A stretch of 13,086 bases of DNA from Candidatus Xenobia bacterium. GTDB taxonomy: Bacteria > Vulcanimicrobiota > Xenobia > Xenobiales > QWHO01. Shown piece by piece: positions 1 through 8,587 of this stretch. The position numbers and the translations under genes were made by a program. Each line of letters begins with the position of its first letter. Position 1 is the stretch's first letter. A model generated the notes under the pieces. That model saw only the letters and a program-made list of their open reading frames with translations, was not told where the DNA came from and made no database searches. The DNA is taken from assembly GCA_045863235.1 (NCBI GenBank), contig BTUM01000134.1, positions 1 through 13,086 of the forward strand. The letters are read 5' to 3'.

Positions 1-195
1 AACTGGGAGAACCCGCCCGGACAGGCCGGCGGCCCCGGAATGAGCCCCGACCGCCCGGGTCGTTGCGGCAACGAAGGCAACCAGGGTCGCCCTCGGTTCG
101 ACCGGGGCGGCGGATCTGGCCCTCGCGTCGGCCAGGGCAGCAATCCGGGGAACCGCTCCGGCGTAGGCGGCAATCGCCGGATGAGCCGCCGCTAG
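1..195 (+). CDS. 3' end of a Gly/Pro/Arg-rich hypothetical protein (5' truncated by window edge)
   Basis: Frame +1 is open from base 1 to TAG at 193-195: NWENPPGQAGGPGMSPDRPGRCGNEGNQGRPRFDRGGGSGPRVGQGSNPGNRSGVGGNRRMSRR*. Third codon positions are mostly G/C. Not listed in the supplied ORF track. Confidence 0.7.
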   Translation, partial: NWENPPGQAGGPGMSPDRPGRCGNEGNQGRPRFDRGGGSGPRVGQGSNPGNRSGVGGNRRMSRR

Positions 196-241
196 AGTCC
201 TTCAGGGCTCAGCCCGGCAATTTGGGCCCATCCCGCGTGCT

Positions 242-280
242 GAGCATCCGTTCGTACCCGTCAGGTACAAACGGATGCTC
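242..280. repeat. 17-bp inverted repeat (hairpin) between converging genes; possible terminator or REP-like element
   Basis: Left arm GAGCATCCGTTCGTACC (242-258), loop CGTCA, right arm GGTACAAACGGATGCTC (264-280). The single mismatch (253/269) becomes a G-U pair in a minus-strand transcript. No U-tract on either side. Confidence 0.8.
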
Positions 281-296
281 CTCTCGTTAGCAAGGT

Positions 297-536
297 CTAT
301 CTGGGACCGAGTCGCCCGCTCAGACAGTCCGCTACCATCGCATCGAGGCCTGAAGCCAACAGGCTTGCCAGCTCACCGCTCTGCTTCGGCTTTCGTGCCA
401 ATAGATGCGGAGGCTCCGAACCGGACTGCTCGCCGGCGTGGTAGGCGTTCAGAGCTTCGTGGAAAGATCTCGCGAGCTCTTGATCAGACGTGGCCCAGGC
501 TTCCAGGTATTCCCGAAAGGCTGCAGACTCAGCCAC
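297..536 (-). CDS. small hypothetical protein or gene remnant (79 aa)
   Basis: GTG at 536-534 directly follows the TGA (539-537) of the upstream ORF in the same frame. The sequence looks helical (AAFREYLEAWATSDQELARSFHEALNAYH). GC3 is weaker than in the operon genes and there is no clear SD. Confidence 0.35.
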   Translation of the reverse strand: MAESAAFREYLEAWATSDQELARSFHEALNAYHAGEQSGSEPPHLLARKPKQSGELASLLASGLDAMVADCLSGRLGPR

Positions 537-1703
537 TCAAGACGTGCGGCGCCTGGGCAGCATGATGCCCCCGATGGAAGGGCGGGGGCCGCCAGGTCGA
601 TCATCGAGCCGCCCGTGGAGGTGCTCACCCCCAGATTGCGGGCCAGGACGGTTTGCATCGCCGATTCCTCGCTGTGCCCCTCTCCCACCAACAACAGGAC
701 CTCTCGGAAAGCAACGCTGGCCTCCTTGATGCGCTCGCCCGGCTCGCTGCTCGGCTCTCTGAAGCAGGCCCAGAGCCAGGTTTGCGTGCCGGTCCAACTC
801 CTGAGTGCAGGCGGCGAAGGCGGGAAGCCCTTCACTCAACACCCCCTGTCGGTCGAGCTCGGCCACCAGGGCCGCAGCCTCGGGGGGACCCTCCTCGAAG
901 TACCGCTTCACCAGGCCCTGGCGGGTGGTGTCCAGGCCAGACGGGTGCATGGTGGCAGTATGCCCGAGCAGGGCTGCCGCCTCGGACAGACTGCGGCAAT
1001 TGGACACGAGCTGGGGCGTCTCCATGAGCTGATTTCGGAAATCGCGCGTGATCGAGCTGAGAGCAAAGTCCTGGGCCGATCCTGAGCCGATTGGCGTCGC
1101 CGAGACGGAGGCCATGTAGGCTGGTTGAACCCCCGTCAGGATCTCCAGGAAACGCGAGGGATGGCCCTGGCAAAGCAGGGTGGCCACCCCGACGTCCAGC
1201 ATCTCGCACCCGGTCAACTCGCCCTGGCGACCGAGTGCAGCCCGTGCTCCGCGGAGGCTCGCTCCCCTGGCCTGGGGCAGGCGAGACAGGGCCTCCTTGC
1301 GCGTGCTCGTCGACCCGAGCGCCTCCAGGCAGCCGGTCACCGGACCGGCGCGGTCCTGCATCGAGAGCACCAGGGGGACGGGACGAGTGCCTTCCAGGGT
1401 CAAGCGAGCCACCCGGGCCAGGACCGGATCGGGCTGACGCTAAGCGGCCTGGCGCAGCACATCCAGCGGCGGCGGGGGCTCCAGGGGCTGGAGGACCGGG
1501 GCGGGGGTCGGACCTGCTCGGATCGCTTCCTCGCCCGCTTCAGAGCCCACCGGCCCCGCAACCGGCAAACCCACCGCCGGCAGGATGGAAGGCTCAGACC
1601 CCGTCTGGGAGAAGTGGTCGCTCGGGTCGGAAACTTGCCCTGGAGGAGGAGCAGCTGGATGCTGTCGAGCCTGCGACCAGAGCTTGATCTCGCCGAGCTG
1701 CAT
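537..1703 (-). pseudogene. disrupted hypothetical protein gene (in-frame TAG plus probable compensating frameshifts)
   Basis: ORFs 1440..1703 and 537..1412 share one frame and are separated only by TAG at 1442-1440 (VLRQAA*RQPDPVLARVARL). From about 765 to 585 the protein-like, GC3-rich reading is in the frame of ORF 449..835 (EPGERIKEASVAFREVLLLVGEG). It then returns to the first frame for SIGGIMLPRRRTS*. Confidence 0.6.
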
Positions 1704-1807
1704 GAAGGAAGGTTCGAATTCCTCCCAGACGCTCCTTCCTCAGAACAACGCGGGGAGGGGGATGAAGTCCCGAGCACGAGGGCCAGGCACCGCCGGCCAG
1801 CCTGAAT

Positions 1808-1832
1808 GTGCCCTTCAGGAAAACGGATGCTC
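1808..1832. repeat. partial direct copy of the 242-280 hairpin element
   Basis: GTGCCCTTCAGG-A-AAACGGATGCTC (1808-1832) aligns to GTACCCGTCAGG-TAC-AAACGGATGCTC (254-280): a 10/12 match, a 2-nt indel, then an exact 12-mer. Both copies are intergenic. Confidence 0.6.
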
Positions 1833-1876
1833 GCACTTCTCCAGAGCTCAGAGTCTGCAGGCACCAAGAGCACTCT

Positions 1877-2869
1877 TCAGGGAGACGGACCTTCAAACCC
1901 CCTGGCGACGTGCTGGGAGAACAGCTCGGCCGAGCGCAGCGCCTGCGCGTGGGTGATGCCGGGCAGGCGACCCCAGAGGCAGAAGTGGTCGAACGGGACC
2001 CTGGCATAGAGCTCTCGGACGGCTCCGGCGACCTGCTCGGGAGTGCCTATCAGGGGGTAATTCTCGCGTTTGGCCTCAAACGGCGCCGGGCGAGGTTGAT
2101 CGCGGTCGGTGCCCCAGTCGATGTAGCGCGACATCTGGTAGTTGAGACAGCTCTCCACGTCTTTCCAGGCCTGCTCGGCGTCTTCGTTCACGTAGCACCA
2201 GGCTCCGACGTAAAACGGGAAGGGCTTGTCCCCGGCCAGGGCGCGCACCGTGTTGTATTGCTCGACCACCCCCTGGATGCTCCCACCGGCCGCCGTCAGG
2301 TAGCCATCCCCGAGCGCGACGGCACGCTCGATTCCTGGCTTGGAGTTGGCCCCGAAGAAGATGGGGATCCTGCTGGTGGGCCGAGGGGAAAATGGCCTGT
2401 CCGGAAAGCTCCAGCGCTTCCCACTGAACCCGATGCGGCCTTCCTCCCAACACTGACGGATGATCTTCACGCCTTCCTCGAGCAGGCTGGGTCGGAACTT
2501 GCGGTTAACGCCCATGGCCTCGAACTCGAAGTCCACATAGCCGCCTCCCACGCCCAGAATGAAGCGACTGTTCGAGGCCAGCTGCAGGACGGCGGAGTCC
2601 TCGGCCACGCGCAGGGGGTGGTAGAGGGGCAGCAGGAGGACGTTGGTCCCGACCATCATCTTGTGCGTGCGGCCGGCGATCATGGCGGCCATGACGTGCT
2701 GTGAGGGCAGGTAGCCGTCCTCCACGAAATGGTGCTCGCTGAGCCAGCAATGGGTGTAGCCGAGCTCCTCGGCCGCAACGATCTCGTCCAGGCACTCGGC
2801 GTAGAATCGGTCGTAGTTGTCGAGGGTGGGCTGGCGGAAGTCGTACCAGACTCCGAAGGTGGGGGGCAT
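1877..2869 (-). CDS. LLM-class (luciferase-like) flavin-dependent oxidoreductase, 330 aa
   Basis: Family motifs AEELGYTHCWLSEHHF, GYLPS, PLYHPLRVAED, RFILGVGGGY, EFEAMG and LIGTPEQVA. SD-like AGGAG lies 7 nt upstream of the ATG. Confidence 0.93.
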   Translation of the reverse strand: MPPTFGVWYDFRQPTLDNYDRFYAECLDEIVAAEELGYTHCWLSEHHFVEDGYLPSQHVMAAMIAGRTHKMMVGTNVLLLPLYHPLRVAEDSAVLQLASNSRFILGVGGGYVDFEFEAMGVNRKFRPSLLEEGVKIIRQCWEEGRIGFSGKRWSFPDRPFSPRPTSRIPIFFGANSKPGIERAVALGDGYLTAAGGSIQGVVEQYNTVRALAGDKPFPFYVGAWCYVNEDAEQAWKDVESCLNYQMSRYIDWGTDRDQPRPAPFEAKRENYPLIGTPEQVAGAVRELYARVPFDHFCLWGRLPGITHAQALRSAELFSQHVARGFEGPSP

Positions 2870-2998
2870 TGGGTGGCTCCTGTCTCAGGTTGGCTGACCT
2901 ATGTGTTGGACCGCTCCTCCAGGTTCGCTTCTCCCTCCAAGGTCGGGGACCTGTGACCAGGACTGCCCGGTGCCCGGCGGCGAACCGGCCCGGCTATC

Positions 2999-3769
2999 AT
3001 GCGCTATCGCCTTGAGTTGGAATACGACGGCACCCGCTACCGCGGCTGGCAGAGCCAGCCCGGCCAGCGCACCGTTCAGGCCGAGTTGCAGTCAGCCGCC
3101 GGTCGGGTGGCCGGCAAGCCTCCCGGCGACCTGCAGGGGGCCGGGCGGACCGACGCCGGCGTCCATGCCCTGGCCCAGGTGGCCCACCTCGATCTGGACG
3201 TGCGCCTGACCTCCGACGCGCTGCGCTACCGGCTGAACGACGCTCTGCCGGCTGACATCGTGGTCACTTCGGCTGCCCCCGCGGCACGTAACTTCCACGC
3301 CCGCCACGATGCCATCGCCCGGCGCTATCTCTACCAGATCGCCCGCCGTCCCAGCGCCTTCGGCAAGAAGCTGGTCTGGTGGGTGAAAGACCCCCTCGAC
3401 TTGAGCACGATGCAGCAGGCCGCTCGACTCTTTCCCGGAATGCGCGACATGCGCGCGTTCTGCGCCGATCCCGAGGCTCCCAACACCCGGGTCGAGATTC
3501 GCTCACTGGAGCTGGCCGAGGCCGGCCAGCTCATCCTGGTGCGCATCGAGGCCAGCCACTTTCTGTGGAAGATGGTGCGCCAGATCGTGGGCGTGCTGGC
3601 CGAGGTGGGCCGAGGTCGCATGCAGTCGTCCGAGGTGCAGAGCTTCCTGGACCATCCCTCCCGCCGGCCAGCCGAGCTGACCGCCCCGCCATCGGGCCTG
3701 TTCCTGGAGCGTGTGCTTTACGGAACCGAGCCGGGCGGCCCGCTCGAGCCGGTGCTGCGAGTGGGCTGA
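2999..3769 (+). CDS. truA: tRNA pseudouridine(38-40) synthase TruA, 256 aa
   Basis: LEYDGTRYRGWQ, catalytic motif GAGRTDAGVHALAQVAH, FHARHDA..RRYLY, FLWKMVRQIVG and TAPPSGLFL. Confidence 0.96.
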   Translation: MRYRLELEYDGTRYRGWQSQPGQRTVQAELQSAAGRVAGKPPGDLQGAGRTDAGVHALAQVAHLDLDVRLTSDALRYRLNDALPADIVVTSAAPAARNFHARHDAIARRYLYQIARRPSAFGKKLVWWVKDPLDLSTMQQAARLFPGMRDMRAFCADPEAPNTRVEIRSLELAEAGQLILVRIEASHFLWKMVRQIVGVLAEVGRGRMQSSEVQSFLDHPSRRPAELTAPPSGLFLERVLYGTEPGGPLEPVLRVG

Positions 3770-3904
3770 GGCGACGTCGACAGCCACGTCCCGAGGGTGC
3801 CGCTCCGCTCAGGCGAGAAGGCCTGAAACACGCCCCGGTTCCTGGGCATTATCCGGTAAGTCTGGCAAACCACACGCCTCGTTCTGACACCTGCGCGCCC
3901 TCCG

Positions 3905-4939
3905 CTAGCTCACCGTGCAGACCTCGTCCACCCCTCGTCGGGGCGGGGCTGGCACGTGCCCCCCGTAGCCCAGCCGCAGCAGCACCTGGGGATGATCCAC
4001 CCCGCTCTGCTCCCCCACGTGCGCTCGCCTCGAGGCCCGCCGGGTGACCGCCAGGAAAGGCGACCAGCTCAGCCCCCGGGCCCTTCCGCTCAGGGCCAGG
4101 GCAGCCAGGCACTCGCCGCAAGAGAGCCATTCCAGCACCCCTTCCCGGGCCGCCCCCAGCACCACCAGCACGGGAGCCTCGCGCGCCTGCTGCGCCTGGC
4201 TCTCGGCGATGCGCTCGGCCGGGCTCCACACAGGCAGCAAGCGGGGAGCCAGCCAGGCCAGGAAGGGCGGCAGTCCCAGCCGATAGGCCAGCAGCTCCTC
4301 GGCTCCCTCCCAGCCGGCCAGCTCCTTGCGGAAGCCCGGGTTGCTCCACTGCTCGCGGGCCGCTTCCTCGACCCGGCGGCTGATGGCCTGACGGCCCGTG
4401 TCATCGCGCACCAGGCCCACCTGGACCGGGCCGCAGTAGGACTTGAAGCCCCGCGGAAAACCGCCCAGGATGGGCCGGGTGACGGCACGCAACAGGGCCG
4501 GAGTAGGCGTATCCACCCGGAAAGGACGAAAGTCCATGCGCAGGTAGGGGAGAGCGGCGAATTCGGGCTCCCAGTCGAACTCGCACTCTAAAGGAGCGCG
4601 GGTGATCGAGGCCAGCGGCCGCTCCGAGCTCGCCGAAACGTCCACCTCCAGGCCCGCCCCTACCGACCAGGCGGCCAGGCGCAGGCAGAACAGGGCCGCC
4701 CCACAGGCCAGCGTCAGCTCGCGCCGATCGGGGTCGGCCACGGCCAGGTGGCGGCTGGGATCGGGCCACAGCTCCAGGGTCTCGCCCTTGAGCACGAAGC
4801 TCCAGGGCTGGCTGTTGTGACTGGAAGGAGCCAGCACGGCATAGCGCAGGAAGTGCTGCCACTGATCGCGCAGCGTCCCGTGGCGTGGATAGTCCTCGCG
4901 GCGAGTCAGCCAGGGGCAGTCAAAGGAGTCCTTCGGCAG
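3905..4939 (-). CDS. Acg-like FMN-binding nitroreductase-fold protein (probable CTG start, 344 aa)
   Basis: Motifs YAVLAPSSHNSQPW, DPDRRELTLACGAALFCLRLAA and QVLLRLGYG. The frame stays open upstream of the listed GTG (4837) to a CTG at 4939-4937, which is preceded by AGGAGGT at 5-nt spacing. Confidence 0.85.
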   Translation of the reverse strand: MPKDSFDCPWLTRREDYPRHGTLRDQWQHFLRYAVLAPSSHNSQPWSFVLKGETLELWPDPSRHLAVADPDRRELTLACGAALFCLRLAAWSVGAGLEVDVSASSERPLASITRAPLECEFDWEPEFAALPYLRMDFRPFRVDTPTPALLRAVTRPILGGFPRGFKSYCGPVQVGLVRDDTGRQAISRRVEEAAREQWSNPGFRKELAGWEGAEELLAYRLGLPPFLAWLAPRLLPVWSPAERIAESQAQQAREAPVLVVLGAAREGVLEWLSCGECLAALALSGRARGLSWSPFLAVTRRASRRAHVGEQSGVDHPQVLLRLGYGGHVPAPPRRGVDEVCTVS

Positions 4940-5588
4940 CGGACACCTCCTGAAAGCGCCTCATTTGAAGAGGCGTGATGAGCTTGTGACCCTTGAGGGC
5001 CTGGGCCAGCCGATTGACGTCGCGGTAGTGGTGGGTCACCATGCCGATACTGGCGGCGGCCGGCAGGTTGTCGGCGTTGTCGTCCACCATGATGCACTGG
5101 TAGGGGCTCACGCGAGCCTGACGAGCGGCCAGCTTGAACATCTCCGGGTCAGGCTTGCGCATGCCCACGACGCAAGAGAGCACGCAGGGGTCGAAGGGCA
5201 CGTAGATGCCCTTTTCAATCAGGATCTCGGCGTGGTCTTGAATGGTGTTGGAGACCGCCCCCACGATGAGCCCGTTGCGGGCGATGGCCTGGCAGAGCCA
5301 GAGCAGGGGACGGTTGGGCGCCAGCGAGTCCAGCATCAGATTGCGCCACAGGTTCTGGAAGTGGCGCGGGCGCGGCCGCCGCCCCTCGCCTGCTCGCAGC
5401 AGCGTCTGCCCGATGCCGTCCCAGAATTCGAAGCTGGTCATCCTGCCCATCTCCAGGTCGCGTACGCGCGCCACCAGCTCGCGCTTCATGGGCTCGTCGG
5501 AACCGAACAGTTTCTGGGCGCGCTCGAGGTAGCGCTCCAGGCCGGCCCCGATGACCACCCCCCCGATGTCGAACATGACCGCTCTCAC
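4920..5588 (-). CDS. HAD-superfamily hydrolase, subfamily IA (YihX-like phosphatase), 222 aa
   Basis: Motif I AVMFDIGGV, motif II VSN, motif III RKPDP, motif IV MVDD. Start corrected to GTG at 5588, which overlaps the upstream TGA (GTGA). Confidence 0.9.
   Translation of the reverse strand: MRAVMFDIGGVVIGAGLERYLERAQKLFGSDEPMKRELVARVRDLEMGRMTSFEFWDGIGQTLLRAGEGRRPRPRHFQNLWRNLMLDSLAPNRPLLWLCQAIARNGLIVGAVSNTIQDHAEILIEKGIYVPFDPCVLSCVVGMRKPDPEMFKLAARQARVSPYQCIMVDDNADNLPAAASIGMVTHHYRDVNRLAQALKGHKLITPLQMRRFQEVSAAEGLL
4945..4951 (-). promoter_or_regulatory. Shine-Dalgarno sequence AGGAGGT for the Acg-like gene, embedded in the 3' end of the HAD gene
   Basis: Minus strand reads AGGAGGT-gtccg-CTG CCG AAG GAC, in frame with the Acg-like ORF. 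Confidence 0.7.
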
Positions 5589-7545
5589 GGTGGACTCTGG
5601 GGCTCGATTCGGAGCGTCTTGAGCAGGTCTTCGCGGGCGGCCGAGGTGGCCGCGGTGGAGCCGTTGAGCGAGTTGATGTCGCTCTGGCTCAGGTCCATCC
5701 TGGCCGAGAAGACGTATTCGTGGAAGCGGGCGCAAAAGGCGCGCACGGTCTCGTCGGAGGTGTTCTTGGCGGGGCTGGTAACCTCGGCGATGCGAGTGCC
5801 CCGGAAGTCGGATACCGTGGCCGACAGCCCGGCTGCACCCTCGGTCACGTGCACCTTGAAGCCGTTGGAGTCCGAGAAAAAGCGGGGAGAATTGCGCAGG
5901 TAGCCGGCTGCCCGCGAGGCCTGCGAGCCGCCGCTGGAGGTCACCGCGACCGGTAGGCGGATTCCCAGCCGCCGGAACATGGCGCCGTCGAGCTGGAAGG
6001 TCTTGTCGAAGTGACCCAACGCGTCCTGGCGTTTGCCCTGGCGCCAGAGCGTGTCACCCAGCTCGGCTTCCATGCGGGCCCGCAGCAGCATCTGGCTGGG
6101 AGCCAGATCGGTCAGCGCCTTCTCCAGAGCCTGGCGGGCCCGCTCGCGGCTGCCTCCCAGCCACTCTCCCTCGGCCAGCACAGCCTGCAGGTATGGCCTC
6201 TCCACCTCCAGGGTGGTGTGCTTGTCGTCCTGGAAGATGCGGTCGACCTGGGCGGCCACCACCCCGGTGCCAAACAGGTTGTTCACGTCCGGCAGTATCC
6301 AGCTGGCGTAGAAGGAACCCGTCTGGTGGCACTGTACCCCGGCCGGCAGCCCGCCCTCGCCCACCACCAGGGCGGCGGTGCGGTCGGTGATCTGATCCAG
6401 CTCCTGGGTCAGGTTGACGAGCTGGGCGCCCAGCTCGAACCAGCGCGTCCAGGTGCTCCAGCTCATCTCCTCGCGCACTCGCTCGCAGCGCGCGAGCAGC
6501 ACGCCCCGGTAGATCCCCAGGTTGATCACCTCCACCAGGTAGGCCTTGGAGGAGGTTCCCATGTTGCGGTCGGGCCGGTAGATGATACGCCGCATCAGAC
6601 GCTCAGCCGCGTCGTCGTAGCCCATGGCATAGAGGGCGTAGGCGGTGGTGGTCTGGCGCTCGGCCCAGGTCTGGCTGACCACGATGGGCACGCTGGTGGC
6701 TCCCCAGGCCTCCATGCGCTTGATGGCCGACAGGGCCTCCGGAAAGCGGCCCTGGTCGATGTAGAGGCTGGCCAGGTCGCCCCAGGGGTTGGTGTAGGCC
6801 CAAGGATTGGGATGCTTGGAGGACTCTAAGAGCAGCTCTTCGGCCTGGCTGTAGTTGCCCAGCATCTCCTCGGCCTCGGCCAGGTTGCGGGGGAAGGTGC
6901 ATTCGAGGTCCCAGCCGCGCTCCTTGATCTCCTGCCACAGTTTGGCATACCAGTCGCGGCTGGCCTGGACGTTGTGGGCCTCCAGCTCGATGGCTCCCAG
7001 AGTGTTGTAGGCCGTGACCCGGGCCCTCTCCTCCTTCGAGGTGGCCAGCACCGCCTCCATCTTGCCACGCGCCTCGGCCAGCCGACCAAGCTTCATGAGC
7101 GGCCAGCCTTCCTCCTCTGGCATCTCGGGGCGGTACCACCTGTTGTAGTCGCGCAAGATGCGCAGTTGCTCCTCGTAACGCTCCATGTGCGAGCAGGTGG
7201 AGATCAGGCCCTGCAGGATCTCCCACTGGGTGCGCCAGGGTCCGCTGGAGTCCACCGGCTCGCCCCAATCGCGCCGCATCAGGCCCCGGGCCCGCTTGAG
7301 GTAATAGTAGGCGCGCGGCAGCCCGCCCGGCTCCACGTAGAGGTAGAGCCGGCCCAGGATGGCGCAGGCGGCCCAGTTGCGACCGTCTTGCTTGAGCAGC
7401 TTCTCGGCCAGCTCGCGGGCCTGGATGTACTTGCCCGCCTCCATGGCCTTGACGGCCTGCTGCACCTCCGGCATCTGCTCGTAATTCTCGCGCGCCAGCG
7501 CCACCTGCGCGAGCAGCACGAGCACGAGAAGGCAGAGGCGCAACT

Positions 7546-7549
<4 letters not shown>
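5585..7549 (-). CDS. exported TPR-like helical repeat protein, 654 aa
   Basis: GTG at 7549 overlaps the MoxR stop (GTGA) and gives a signal peptide, MKLRLCLLVLVLLAQVALA|REN. TPR-like units include AYNTLGAIELEA, WGDLASLYIDQGRFPEALSAIKR and LGDTLWRQGKRQDALGHFDKTFQLD. Confidence 0.85.
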
Positions 7550-8568
<1,019 letters not shown>

Positions 8569-8587
8569 GGGGAGGTCTCCTTTCGGG

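Noticed and set aside
236..296. Integron attC site (CTAAC on the minus strand just after a stop codon, followed by a hairpin)
   Set aside because: Poor fit to RYYYAAC, no matching GTTRRRY at the other end of the hairpin, and no integrase or cassette array in the window.
537..1442. Alternative genetic code or Sec/Pyl readthrough joining ORFs 1440..1703, 537..1412 and 297..536
   Set aside because: TAG and TGA both act as normal stops for conserved genes in this window, no SECIS-like context is evident, and the accompanying frameshifts point to decay.
242..1832. CRISPR array based on the repeated palindromic sequence
   Set aside because: Only one full and one partial copy about 1.55 kb apart, with no regular spacers and no cas genes.
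1808..2704. Long antisense or alternate-frame ORFs (e.g. 1808..2704 +, 4965..5903 +, 7609..8619 +, 9402..10907 -, 10536..12056 +, 12284..13078 -)
   Set aside because: They overlap well-supported genes and are the expected stop-poor shadows of high-GC coding DNA. None shows family motifs.
3809..3826. Hairpin TCAGGC-gagaag-GCCTGA between converging truA and the Acg-like gene as a terminator
   Set aside because: Only a 6-bp stem with at most three U residues on the minus strand; too weak to call.
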